Virus record (IMG/VR): IMGVR_UViG_3300048892_000198
Coordinates: 1-64,000 of that record
Reading direction: 5' to 3' (one strand)
From: a virus
DNA length: 64,000 bases
Both the position numbers and the translations under genes were made by a program. Shown piece by piece: positions 36,149 through 44,058 of the stretch; position 1 is the stretch's first letter; each line of letters begins with the position of its first letter. Below the pieces are notes generated by a model. It saw nothing but the letters and a program-made list of their open reading frames with translations. It did no database searches and had not been told where the DNA came from.

Positions 36149-36346
36149 TTATTTCCAGGTAAAAATCAAAGTGACGACGCCAGCGCCGAGCGCGGCTCCC
36201 AGTAGCAACATCACCAGAGGGCTCGACGTATCGACGGGGGCGGAGTTCGTGCTCGGCGTCGATACCGTCACCGTGAACGGATCGCTGCCCATGCCATGAA
36301 GCGCGGGTTGCGGGTGACGCGGTGTGTAGCGATGCGGCATGTTCAT
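36149..36346 (-). CDS. GLG-family small membrane protein
   Basis: HGMGSD; C-terminal TM ending WK. Confidence 0.65.
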   Translation of the reverse strand: MNMPHRYTPRHPQPALHGMGSDPFTVTVSTPSTNSAPVDTSSPLVMLLLGAALGAGVVTLIFTWK

Positions 36347-36807
36347 CTCGTGGGACGGAAGACTCCGAGGGTGTCAGCTGTTTTCAACACGAGCACTCCG
36401 GCAATAGCGACGGCGCTCCAGAACGCGATCTTGGTCACCGTGTCCGCCGCGCTCTGCAGGATCTGAGTGCTCGATTCGACCTGCGGCTTCTGCACGGTGT
36501 CGTTGCTCGATTTGACGCTCGAGTCGGCGACCGTCGGATACCCAAACGTCACAGCGTCCCAAGGAGCGGGTGACTTAACGCTGAAGATATAGAAGTCGCG
36601 AGCAGGGAAATCAGTCGTCGCCTCGAAACTCTCGGTGTCCTCTACTTGCAGTGAGGCGGCGTTCGTTTTCAGCCACGTCGACATCTTGTCGCGGTTGTCC
36701 CCAAACACGTCGAGCCAGTACCGCCCAGCGGGCAGGGGGTTCGTGCGCATGAGCACACCGAGGGCGGCAATGCTCATGGGGTTATGGACCGAGTGGTACG
36801 ACATCAC
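36343..36807 (-). CDS. Tail-anchored protein, paralog of 36804-37253
   Basis: RTNPLPAGRYWLDVFG...PWDAVTFGYP. Confidence 0.78.
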   Translation of the reverse strand: MMSYHSVHNPMSIAALGVLMRTNPLPAGRYWLDVFGDNRDKMSTWLKTNAASLQVEDTESFEATTDFPARDFYIFSVKSPAPWDAVTFGYPTVADSSVKSSNDTVQKPQVESSTQILQSAADTVTKIAFWSAVAIAGVLVLKTADTLGVFRPTR

Positions 36808-37253
36808 GCAGCTCGACGTTTATGCAGCACTGCAACCGTAATCGTGAGACCGATGACAGCGAGCGCACCGATGACCAACGCGGTCATGTTGCTCGAGATT
36901 GGGGCCTTTGGGGCTGAGGCGGAAGCAGGTAACGGCGCAGGCGATGCCGACGGGGATCCCGGAGCCGCGGCAGTGGGCGGCGGCTCGACGGTGATCTCTG
37001 GGTATCCAAACGTGACTGCGTCCCAAGGGACGGGGCTCGTCACCTTGAAGGTGTATTCATCGTAGGTATTCGGGTCCGAGTCATCGGTGCCAGTCGTCTG
37101 AGTGCTGAGCACCTGCACCGCGCCATGATTGGACTGAGCCCATGACGCCATCTTCGAGCGGTTGGCCCCAAACACGTCCACCCAGTACGTGCCGGGAGGA
37201 AGGGGGTTCGAGCGCTGCTCGGACCCTAAGGGTAGGGGGATCCGGTGATACAC
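36804..37253 (-). CDS. Tail-anchored protein, paralog of 36343-36807
   Basis: RSNPLPPGTYWVDVFG...PWDAVTFGYP; TM plus KRR. Confidence 0.78.
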   Translation of the reverse strand: MYHRIPLPLGSEQRSNPLPPGTYWVDVFGANRSKMASWAQSNHGAVQVLSTQTTGTDDSDPNTYDEYTFKVTSPVPWDAVTFGYPEITVEPPPTAAAPGSPSASPAPLPASASAPKAPISSNMTALVIGALAVIGLTITVAVLHKRRAA

Positions 37254-37721
37254 TTACGCTCCCGCGCCGCGCGTCTTCTTCCAACGCTTGTAGCTGTAAT
37301 AGCTCGTCGCCAGCGCCGCGACCGCGACGGCGCCGTACACGTACGGATGCACCTGATTGAAGGGGAGCGTCACGTCCGAGCGGAGTGAGCTCACCGGATC
37401 GCCCGCCAGGAGGAAGCGCTTGACGGCGCCCGATGCGTTTTGGGAAACGCTCGCGAGCTCGGAGCTACTGACCGCGCCGAGGCCCTTGACCTGCACGTAG
37501 GAGTTTTGCGTGGGCGAATTCATGCGGTCCGTGCCTTGAAGGGAATTGTCCTGGAAGTACCCAAACTCATCGTAGGGCGCTCGAAAGTGCGCGATGCCGA
37601 CGTAGGATCGCCCAACGGGCCAGCCGTTCCGGTCTTTGGCGACCGCACCGAGCCCTTGGAGCACGGCGTTATCAAATGGCGCATAGGCGTGCGAGCGATC
37701 CACGTACAGGCGGCGAGTCAT
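37254..37721 (-). CDS. GLG-family tail-anchored protein
   Basis: Start MTRRLY; QGLGA and KGLGA; TM plus KRWKK. Confidence 0.7.
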   Translation of the reverse strand: MTRRLYVDRSHAYAPFDNAVLQGLGAVAKDRNGWPVGRSYVGIAHFRAPYDEFGYFQDNSLQGTDRMNSPTQNSYVQVKGLGAVSSSELASVSQNASGAVKRFLLAGDPVSSLRSDVTLPFNQVHPYVYGAVAVAALATSYYSYKRWKKTRGAGA

Positions 37722-38776
37722 TAGACCATGCCCTTCTTCTTGGCGTAGTAGTACGCGCCGCCGGCAGCGATGACAGCCAGGCCACCCATCATGAGCGCGG
37801 CGGTCGACACCGGGTGCTTGCCGGGCGGAGTCGGCGCGGGCGGCGCGCCCGGGGGCGGCTTGGATCCGGGAGCGGCGACGGCCTTCTTCGTCGGCAGGAT
37901 GTATGCCTGGCAGTTCTGGCCACCGTTCATGGTGAGGAGATCGTTGCCGGTGTTGTCGCCGATCCATTTCATCGCGCCACAGGTCTTCGCGTCGAGCACG
38001 CCCGTGACCGGGATGGGGTTCATGCTGTTGCTCGAGAGGATCGCGTTGATCTGATTCTGGAGCGCGGGCATGTCCGAGTCGGCGACGCCCCATTGATGCA
38101 CGATGGCGGGAGCGAGCTGCTGGCCCTGCACGACGTTGGCTTGAGGCGCCACGTAGGTCTTGAGCGGAGCGGACGCGCCGACGAGAGTGGGGTTCGTGCC
38201 CTGGCCGGTGCCGCAGTAGGCGTAGAGGTTGTAGTCCGTCCACACCGTCGATTGGCGGGGGTTCGTGCTGTAGAGGTAGAAGGCGGCGCCGCAGGTGGCG
38301 GGGCCGAGTTTGCCGTCAGCCGCGATCGTCTTGTAGCCGTTCCGGGAGAGATCGGCGTTGAGCGCGGCTTGCGCCTGCTTGACCGTTGCCGAGGCGAGCG
38401 TACCGGTTTGCTGCGCGATGGCGGCGTACTGCGCGCAGTTTTTCGGCACGCAGACCGCGGCGTCGTTGGCTGCCGAGTAGGCGTTGGTGCAGTCGTCGAC
38501 CGACATGCCGTACTGAGCGGCGTTGGTTTGGCAGTCCTGAGCAGCAGCGGCAAACTGCTGCGCATGGCAGTCCTGAAACGCCTGAATGCCCCAGCACTGC
38601 CAGGGGATCTCTCCGGGGGCCGCGGACGATCCGAGGCCCGCGACGGCGCCGTTCGTGAAGTACTCGCCGGCGGAGTTACTTTGCCGAGATCCGCGCGTGA
38701 TGGGCGTGTAGCGCGGCAGCACGCTGCCGGAGAGGGGTCGCGCTTGCGCGCTACGTGGGTTGAAGATGCCGCTCAT
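37721..38776 (-). CDS. Tail-anchored protein with two peptidoglycan-binding (PG_binding_1-like) domains
   Basis: VKQAQAALN...ADGKLGPAT and ALQNQIN...VTGVLDAKT; GEYF...AGLGS; Cys-rich; TM plus KKK. Confidence 0.8.
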   Translation of the reverse strand: MSGIFNPRSAQARPLSGSVLPRYTPITRGSRQSNSAGEYFTNGAVAGLGSSAAPGEIPWQCWGIQAFQDCHAQQFAAAAQDCQTNAAQYGMSVDDCTNAYSAANDAAVCVPKNCAQYAAIAQQTGTLASATVKQAQAALNADLSRNGYKTIAADGKLGPATCGAAFYLYSTNPRQSTVWTDYNLYAYCGTGQGTNPTLVGASAPLKTYVAPQANVVQGQQLAPAIVHQWGVADSDMPALQNQINAILSSNSMNPIPVTGVLDAKTCGAMKWIGDNTGNDLLTMNGGQNCQAYILPTKKAVAAPGSKPPPGAPPAPTPPGKHPVSTAALMMGGLAVIAAGGAYYYAKKKGMV

Positions 38777-38778
38777 GA

Positions 38779-39510
38779 TTAGCCTCGACGTTTCTTGATG
38801 AAGTAGACGATGCCCACCGCGAGGAGCCCGCCGCCCACGAAGCCCATCACCTTTTTGGTGTTCGAGCTCATGAGCGGGAGGGAAGAGTTGACCGATGCTT
38901 GCGCCGGCTTGATGGAGGTGACGGTGCTGCCGCCGCCCCCACCGCAGCCCGCGCTCGCGAGCGTCGGCGTTGCATAGTCCTGGCACGTGCTCGGGTTACT
39001 GTAGATGGCCCCCGAGGTGTCATCGATCGTGAGCCGATTGCGCGCGCCGCAGGTCGCCGGTCCGAGCTTTCCATCGACTGCCACCGGGCAATAGCCGGCA
39101 GCCTTGAGCGCGACGTTGGTGGCGGTTTGCAATGCCGCGGTCTTCGCGCTGTACGCGCGCCACGGGTAGTCAGCGGCGTCGCTCGTCGCGTCTCCGAGCG
39201 TGCGCGCCTTGCCGAGCGAGGGCGCGCCGGCGAGATTGCCGTCGAAGACGCCGCCGCCGTAGCCGCCGGGGCGAAAGATCCCTTCGCCCACGTTGAATTC
39301 TTGGGATCCGAGTCCTGAGTATCCGCCTGGGGGCTTGTCGGGGATCATGTCGATGTCTCTCGGTGGAAGAAAAACGGTCGTGGGCTGCTGGATCTGCGGA
39401 AACTTAAACGCCGGCCGCGACCAGATCCCGCCGTGGAAGCGCGTGGGGTAGGGCGGCACGTGCATCGTGTACGGCGTCGGCACGCCTGCGGGATAGCCGG
39501 GGCCTTTCAC
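38779..39510 (-). CDS. Tail-anchored protein with a peptidoglycan-binding domain
   Basis: ALQTATNVAL...VDGKLGPAT; SGLGS; TM plus KKRR; GTGA-coupled start. Confidence 0.78.
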   Translation of the reverse strand: MKGPGYPAGVPTPYTMHVPPYPTRFHGGIWSRPAFKFPQIQQPTTVFLPPRDIDMIPDKPPGGYSGLGSQEFNVGEGIFRPGGYGGGVFDGNLAGAPSLGKARTLGDATSDAADYPWRAYSAKTAALQTATNVALKAAGYCPVAVDGKLGPATCGARNRLTIDDTSGAIYSNPSTCQDYATPTLASAGCGGGGGSTVTSIKPAQASVNSSLPLMSSNTKKVMGFVGGGLLAVGIVYFIKKRRG

Positions 39511-40055
39511 TTGTGCTCCAGCGCGATGATGGCCTCGATGCCGAGACCGATGGGTCCCCCGAGGAGCGCCGCGGCGACGCCCCACCAGGCGTATTTCGAC
39601 TCGCGATCGCGGCTCGGCGCGACGGCCTTGCCGACGTAGTAGCCGCCGACGCCCGAGAGTACGATGCCGACTGCCGCAGCGGCGATGACGACCGCGCTCG
39701 CTGCAGCGACGGGTGCCGCCGCGCCGGGCACGGTTGGAGTGGTCGCATCACCGAGACCACTCACGGCCCGCACGGCGCGCACGAGGGGCGAGCCATTGAG
39801 CACGCGACCGAGCACACCAGAGCTGGTGGCTGACGGCGTCGGCATCTCGTACAGGCGCGAGTACGAGCCGATGCCGTCGGGGCTGCCGCGCATCCCGAGC
39901 GGCGCCATCGGATAGGCCGCGGGGTTGTACTGGGCATTGCCGTAGCCAGCGTTGGCTTGCACGACATCGTTGTGCCGCACCGGGAGCTGTTGCCCTGAGC
40001 TCACGACGCCGGGGGTCGTCAGCACTTCGTCTTCGTCGTCTTGATAGTCAAACAT
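39507..40055 (-). CDS. GLG-family membrane protein with two C-terminal TMs
   Basis: Start MFDYQ; SGLGD. Confidence 0.7.
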   Translation of the reverse strand: MFDYQDDEDEVLTTPGVVSSGQQLPVRHNDVVQANAGYGNAQYNPAAYPMAPLGMRGSPDGIGSYSRLYEMPTPSATSSGVLGRVLNGSPLVRAVRAVSGLGDATTPTVPGAAAPVAAASAVVIAAAAVGIVLSGVGGYYVGKAVAPSRDRESKYAWWGVAAALLGGPIGLGIEAIIALEHK

Positions 40056-40756
40056 CACTTCTTCTTTCGAAAGAGCGCGTAGAGAGCGCCCGCGGCGGCG
40101 CCCACGAGCAGCACCTTGACGACGGTGGATGACGAATCGGCAGCAGGAGCCGGCGCGGGGAGCGAGGCGTCGCCGTAGCCCTGCACGCCGTAGCCTGAGT
40201 CCCGGATGCTCTGCGGATCTTGCATCCAATTGGCGATGTTGACGCCGGGCATGGGAGCAGCCTCTTGCCAGCGCACGACGTTTCTTGGCGTGCTGTAGCG
40301 GCCCTGCTCGATGAATGCGATCTGCGCCGCCGAATCGAGGCTGACGGCGCCCGAGGGCACCGCCACCACGCGGCGTCCGGTTGTCGCATCGACCACCTCG
40401 GTCTTACTGAAGGGCACCTCGCGCGCGTGGTAACCGGGGAGCGAATAGCGCGCAGCAAACACGCCCGCGTCCGGGTGCACGTTGGGGTGCGTGCCCGGGG
40501 GATCGAAGACACCGTTCGATTGGATGTCGTCCATCTCGGCCAGGAGCTCGAGTTCGTTAGAGGCCCAGCCGGGGTTGGCCGATTCGTCGGAGACTTCGGT
40601 GTCGGTGCCGGCGAGCCTTCGGCCGTAGCGCCGGTCGAAGGGCGCGGCGTAGCCCGGGGCGAGATTGCTCGTATAGCGGAGATCGGAGGGACCGACCGCA
40701 ACCATCGACGGCAGATCGCCCGTGTAGGGCTGGGACGGGTACATGGGGTAGCGCAT
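40055..40756 (-). CDS. Tail-anchored virion-like protein
   Basis: SGYG and QGYGD; TM plus RKKK. Confidence 0.75.
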   Translation of the reverse strand: MRYPMYPSQPYTGDLPSMVAVGPSDLRYTSNLAPGYAAPFDRRYGRRLAGTDTEVSDESANPGWASNELELLAEMDDIQSNGVFDPPGTHPNVHPDAGVFAARYSLPGYHAREVPFSKTEVVDATTGRRVVAVPSGAVSLDSAAQIAFIEQGRYSTPRNVVRWQEAAPMPGVNIANWMQDPQSIRDSGYGVQGYGDASLPAPAPAADSSSTVVKVLLVGAAAGALYALFRKKK

Positions 40757-40777
40757 GGTGATCTTGTTTCTTTCCGC

Positions 40778-41158
40778 TCAACCGGTGGCGACCTTGAAGA
40801 CGACGATGGCGGCGATGGTGACGCCCAGGTAAAGGCCCCAGCGAGTCTTCACCGATTGGGAGACGGCCGCTGGGGCGAAGGGGGAAGCGCAGTGGGTCTG
40901 GGTGATGACGCCCCAGGCGCCTTTCTGCGCGCCCTGCGTGGCGCGCTTGGGGATGGTCTCGACGACGCGCGTCTGACCATCGGGGCACGGGAAGGGCGCG
41001 GCGCACGGGAGCACCTGCGCTTCTGCGCACTCGGGCGAATCGATATCGACCTGGTTACACGCCAGCTGCGCGGCTTTCCAGGAAGCGAAATCGGTGCACG
41101 TCGAGGCGACGGGATTGTCTCCCATGCCGCGCTGCTGGATGGTGGCAGAATAACTCAT
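40778..41158 (-). CDS. GLG-family Cys-rich tail-anchored protein
   Basis: MSYSATIQQRGMGD; WKAAQLACN shared with 41164. Confidence 0.72.
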   Translation of the reverse strand: MSYSATIQQRGMGDNPVASTCTDFASWKAAQLACNQVDIDSPECAEAQVLPCAAPFPCPDGQTRVVETIPKRATQGAQKGAWGVITQTHCASPFAPAAVSQSVKTRWGLYLGVTIAAIVVFKVATG

Positions 41159-41163
41159 CTGGG

Positions 41164-41784
41164 TTAGGACTTCTTCCTCATCACCAAGTAGAGCGCGCCG
41201 CCGCCGACTGCGAGCGCCGCGAGCAGGCCCCAGTGACTGAATCCTCCGGCAGCTCCCTTCTGCGACACGATGGTGCCGCCGGGGATCGGAGCGGCGGGAG
41301 CCGCAGCCGGCGAAGAGCAACTGCAGATCGTGGCCGACAGTCCCCATTTCCCATTGAGCGCTTGCTTCGGTAGCCGCTCGCAGGTGTGCACCTGCCCAGG
41401 GGGGCACGAGTCGGGGCCTCCGCAGGGCAGCTGGGAGGCGACCGAGCAGGGATCGTTCGGGTCGATGGGGCTTGAGAGGATGGCGGGGGTACCACCGGAG
41501 CGCGAATTGCTCGCAGCGGCCTGCGCCGCGGCTTGCGCCGCCATCGACGCGATCGCCGATTGCGACATGGGCGCCGTCGGGGAAGGGGACGGACTCGAGG
41601 TCGGCGTGGCGTAACCGATGATCGAGCTCGGGTCGATTGAGCCGGTGATCGTGAAGCCGAGACCGCGGAGCCCCGCGACGCCCGTTGCCGCGTACCCGAA
41701 GCCCTTGACGGACGCGGCCTGCTGCAGTCGCGCGTTGCACGCGAGTTGCGCTTGCTTCCAGACTTGATTGTCGAGACAAGCCAT
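41164..41784 (-). CDS. GLG-family Cys-rich tail-anchored protein
   Basis: WKQAQLACN; RGLGF; TM plus RKKS. Confidence 0.75.
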   Translation of the reverse strand: MACLDNQVWKQAQLACNARLQQAASVKGFGYAATGVAGLRGLGFTITGSIDPSSIIGYATPTSSPSPSPTAPMSQSAIASMAAQAAAQAAASNSRSGGTPAILSSPIDPNDPCSVASQLPCGGPDSCPPGQVHTCERLPKQALNGKWGLSATICSCSSPAAAPAAPIPGGTIVSQKGAAGGFSHWGLLAALAVGGGALYLVMRKKS

Positions 41785-42506
41785 CAGGCAGCCGCTTTCG
41801 GTTTTTTGAAGGTCCTGTAAAGCGCGTAGCCGCCGACTGCGACCACGACCAGGATGAGCCCGTTGGAGAGCATGCCGGCGGATTTCTTCGTGGGCGTCGT
41901 CGTGATGGGCCCGGGAGATCCAGGCGTGATAGCAGGCACGGGAGCAGATGCGGGCGGCATCGGCTCGGGGCGTAGGTCGCCTGGCGGAGGACCCAGGACG
42001 GGCTGCGCAGGCGGGGTCGGCTGCGGACGCAAGGGCGCGATGGCGGGGAGAGCCGGCGGGCAGACTGGCAGCAGTGCCAGCGCGCAGGCGGAGCCAGTGG
42101 GATCGGCGCCGAGGCCGCGCACCGTTTGCGACATGGCGCTGCAGGTCTGCTGCCAGTTGTCGTGCTGGGCTTGCGAGACGCAGCCCGGGTAACCTGCAGG
42201 AGTGACCGCGCCCGCGGCCCGCGCCGCGGCGTTGGCCTGATCGAGCGCTCTCTGATTTTTGAGCTGCTGCTGCGTGCGCGCCACGAATGCCGCCGCGCGC
42301 GCTGCCTGCTCGGCCTTCCAGGCCGCGAGATCGCGCTGATAGCTCGCGAGCTGCGAAGCGTAGCCGGCGGCCGCGCCCGCGCTTTGAGCCGCGTAAGCTG
42401 CGACGGCGTTGTCGTGGCCCGCCTTCTCTTGCAGCCAGGCCGCGTGATCGGAGGCATAGTCGCCGAGCCCAGCGATCTTTCCGTGATAGGCGCGCGCGTA
42501 ACTCAT
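41784..42506 (-). CDS. GLG-family tail-anchored protein with coiled coil
   Basis: MSYARAYHGKIAGLGD; RGLGA; TM plus RTFKKPK. Confidence 0.75.
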   Translation of the reverse strand: MSYARAYHGKIAGLGDYASDHAAWLQEKAGHDNAVAAYAAQSAGAAAGYASQLASYQRDLAAWKAEQAARAAAFVARTQQQLKNQRALDQANAAARAAGAVTPAGYPGCVSQAQHDNWQQTCSAMSQTVRGLGADPTGSACALALLPVCPPALPAIAPLRPQPTPPAQPVLGPPPGDLRPEPMPPASAPVPAITPGSPGPITTTPTKKSAGMLSNGLILVVVAVGGYALYRTFKKPKAAA

Positions 42507-43075
42507 CCTTCGATCCTCCAAATTTTGTGAGTCGTCACGCGACTGAGCATCGTTGCCTCGTCGGTGCCCGCGACCGGATCGCAGATGATCCAGCGCTGGC
42601 TCTTGGGCTCTTGCACCCGGCAGAAGACGTGAGCGAAGGAATTGGGGCGCCCGAATCCGACGGTGACGTACTCGATCTCGCGGCCAAGCTGGCGGCAGAG
42701 CGTGCCGACGAGGAGCGCGATCTCATCGCAGTCGGCGACGGCTTTTCCGTGCTGCACGATCTCTTCGCACATGCGCTCGGGATCTTGCACCTGCTCGACC
42801 GCAACGGCGTCGTTCGAGTACTTGACCTTTTCGGCGACGAAGTTTCTGACGGCCAAGATCTCCGACACGTAGTCCTTGGGCGCGATGTCCCGGACGATGT
42901 GATCCTTCAGCGACCGCACGAGCGTCGACTGCTCGCCGCGTGGGCCGACCGTCATCGAGATCATGAGCAGGATGGTGTCCTGCGGCCCATGGAAGGGTCG
43001 GATCGCGGTCGGTTGGGTAGCAGCGATGGCGGAGGGCATGGGTCGGCCTACACGAGACCAACCTGAATCGCTCAC
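42503..43075 (-). CDS. Transglutaminase-like cysteine protease (candidate virion maturation protease)
   Basis: FVAEKVKYSND, ADCDE (Cys), FAHVF (His), WIICDPV (Asp); first gene after the shared promoter. Confidence 0.87.
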   Translation of the reverse strand: MSDSGWSRVGRPMPSAIAATQPTAIRPFHGPQDTILLMISMTVGPRGEQSTLVRSLKDHIVRDIAPKDYVSEILAVRNFVAEKVKYSNDAVAVEQVQDPERMCEEIVQHGKAVADCDEIALLVGTLCRQLGREIEYVTVGFGRPNSFAHVFCRVQEPKSQRWIICDPVAGTDEATMLSRVTTHKIWRIEG

Positions 43076-43100
43076 ACGCCGCGAACGGTCTGTATTTGGA

Positions 43101-43135
43101 AGCCTACCCGGGCCGGGGGATCCTCCGCAACTTTT
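43101..43135 (-). promoter_or_regulatory. Shared promoter motif, copy heading the virion operon
   Basis: - strand AAAAG-TTGCGG-N18-TAGGCT, with CGGG before the -10. Confidence 0.72.
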
Positions 43136-43153
43136 CGGGCCGAACTCCCGAAA

Positions 43154-43414
43154 CTACATGCTGAAGCGGGCATTCAGAGGCCATTTGGCCAGGTGGAAAT
43201 CGCAAAAGCGCGAGCGGCGCGGCTTATCGCAGCCCGATCCTGCGACCGGGCACTCACGCGCCTGCACGCGCGTGATCCAGAGCTCGAAGCCCTCTTCGGT
43301 GAGTTCTTGAGCGACGGCCTTGGAGTAGGCCTCGAAGAGCGGGACTTCCTCCTGCCAGAGGAGCGGCAGGCCCCGCCAGAGACGGCGAGCGATGGCTTCG
43401 TAGTCGATTGTCAA
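43154..43414 (-). CDS. Small zinc-finger protein
   Basis: CPVAGSGC...FCDFH; TTG start coupled to the upstream stop. Confidence 0.5.
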   Translation of the reverse strand: MTIDYEAIARRLWRGLPLLWQEEVPLFEAYSKAVAQELTEEGFELWITRVQARECPVAGSGCDKPRRSRFCDFHLAKWPLNARFSM

Positions 43415-43686
43415 GCGGGATCTTGTCCGCTCACGACGAGCTCGGTCTTGTACCAAACCCCATCCTTCACGAGACCGTCCGCGTCCACCCAGATCCCGCA
43501 GGCGTCTGGCTGGCCTTGGCACTTAGTATAAATCCCGAATTCTCCATCGGTGAGCCGGAGGAGAAGCGGATCTCTGGATTCGCCTGGGCGATAACGAAAC
43601 CCGGACGGTGTGGGCTTGGCTTGCCCCTGCACCCAACTGAGCAGGTCGCAAGGTCCACCCTTACCAGTCCCTGAGCGGAAGCCCAC
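43411..43686 (-). CDS. Hypothetical protein
   Basis: 91-aa ORF. Confidence 0.4.
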   Translation of the reverse strand: MGFRSGTGKGGPCDLLSWVQGQAKPTPSGFRYRPGESRDPLLLRLTDGEFGIYTKCQGQPDACGIWVDADGLVKDGVWYKTELVVSGQDPA

Positions 43687-44058
43687 ATCGGGGGCACATC
43701 AGCGCCGGGACCGGCTCGTAGCAGTCAAACATGCCCATCTATCGGCGAAGCCCCTTCACTTCTTGCCGATGGGCGACAATCCTGCGCGTCAATCGATCTT
43801 GCGCTGTGGGAGGCGCAAGCGCCGCTAGCGGGCGCTCCTGCACGCGATAGCGGCCGAGTCCCCGGCGACGCTCACCTCGGTCTTTGTGATTCGTGTATTT
43901 TCCAAGCTCAACTTTCATGCCCATCAAAAAACTCCCCGAACCGAATCCTTTGTTTCATGCAGGATTTTACTCAAGGCCACGAGCCAGCCCTGAGCCGAAT
44001 ACACCATCTACCTGGGCTCTCCCCAAGTCAGCATCCGGACTCGGTCCGAGGAGATCTT

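Noticed and set aside
22370-42506. Type IV pilin or double-glycine bacteriocin cluster explanation for the GxG motifs
   Set aside because: No hydrophobic helix with Glu+5 after the Gly, no prepilin peptidase, pilus ATPase or peptidase-ABC exporter; the TM helices are C-terminal
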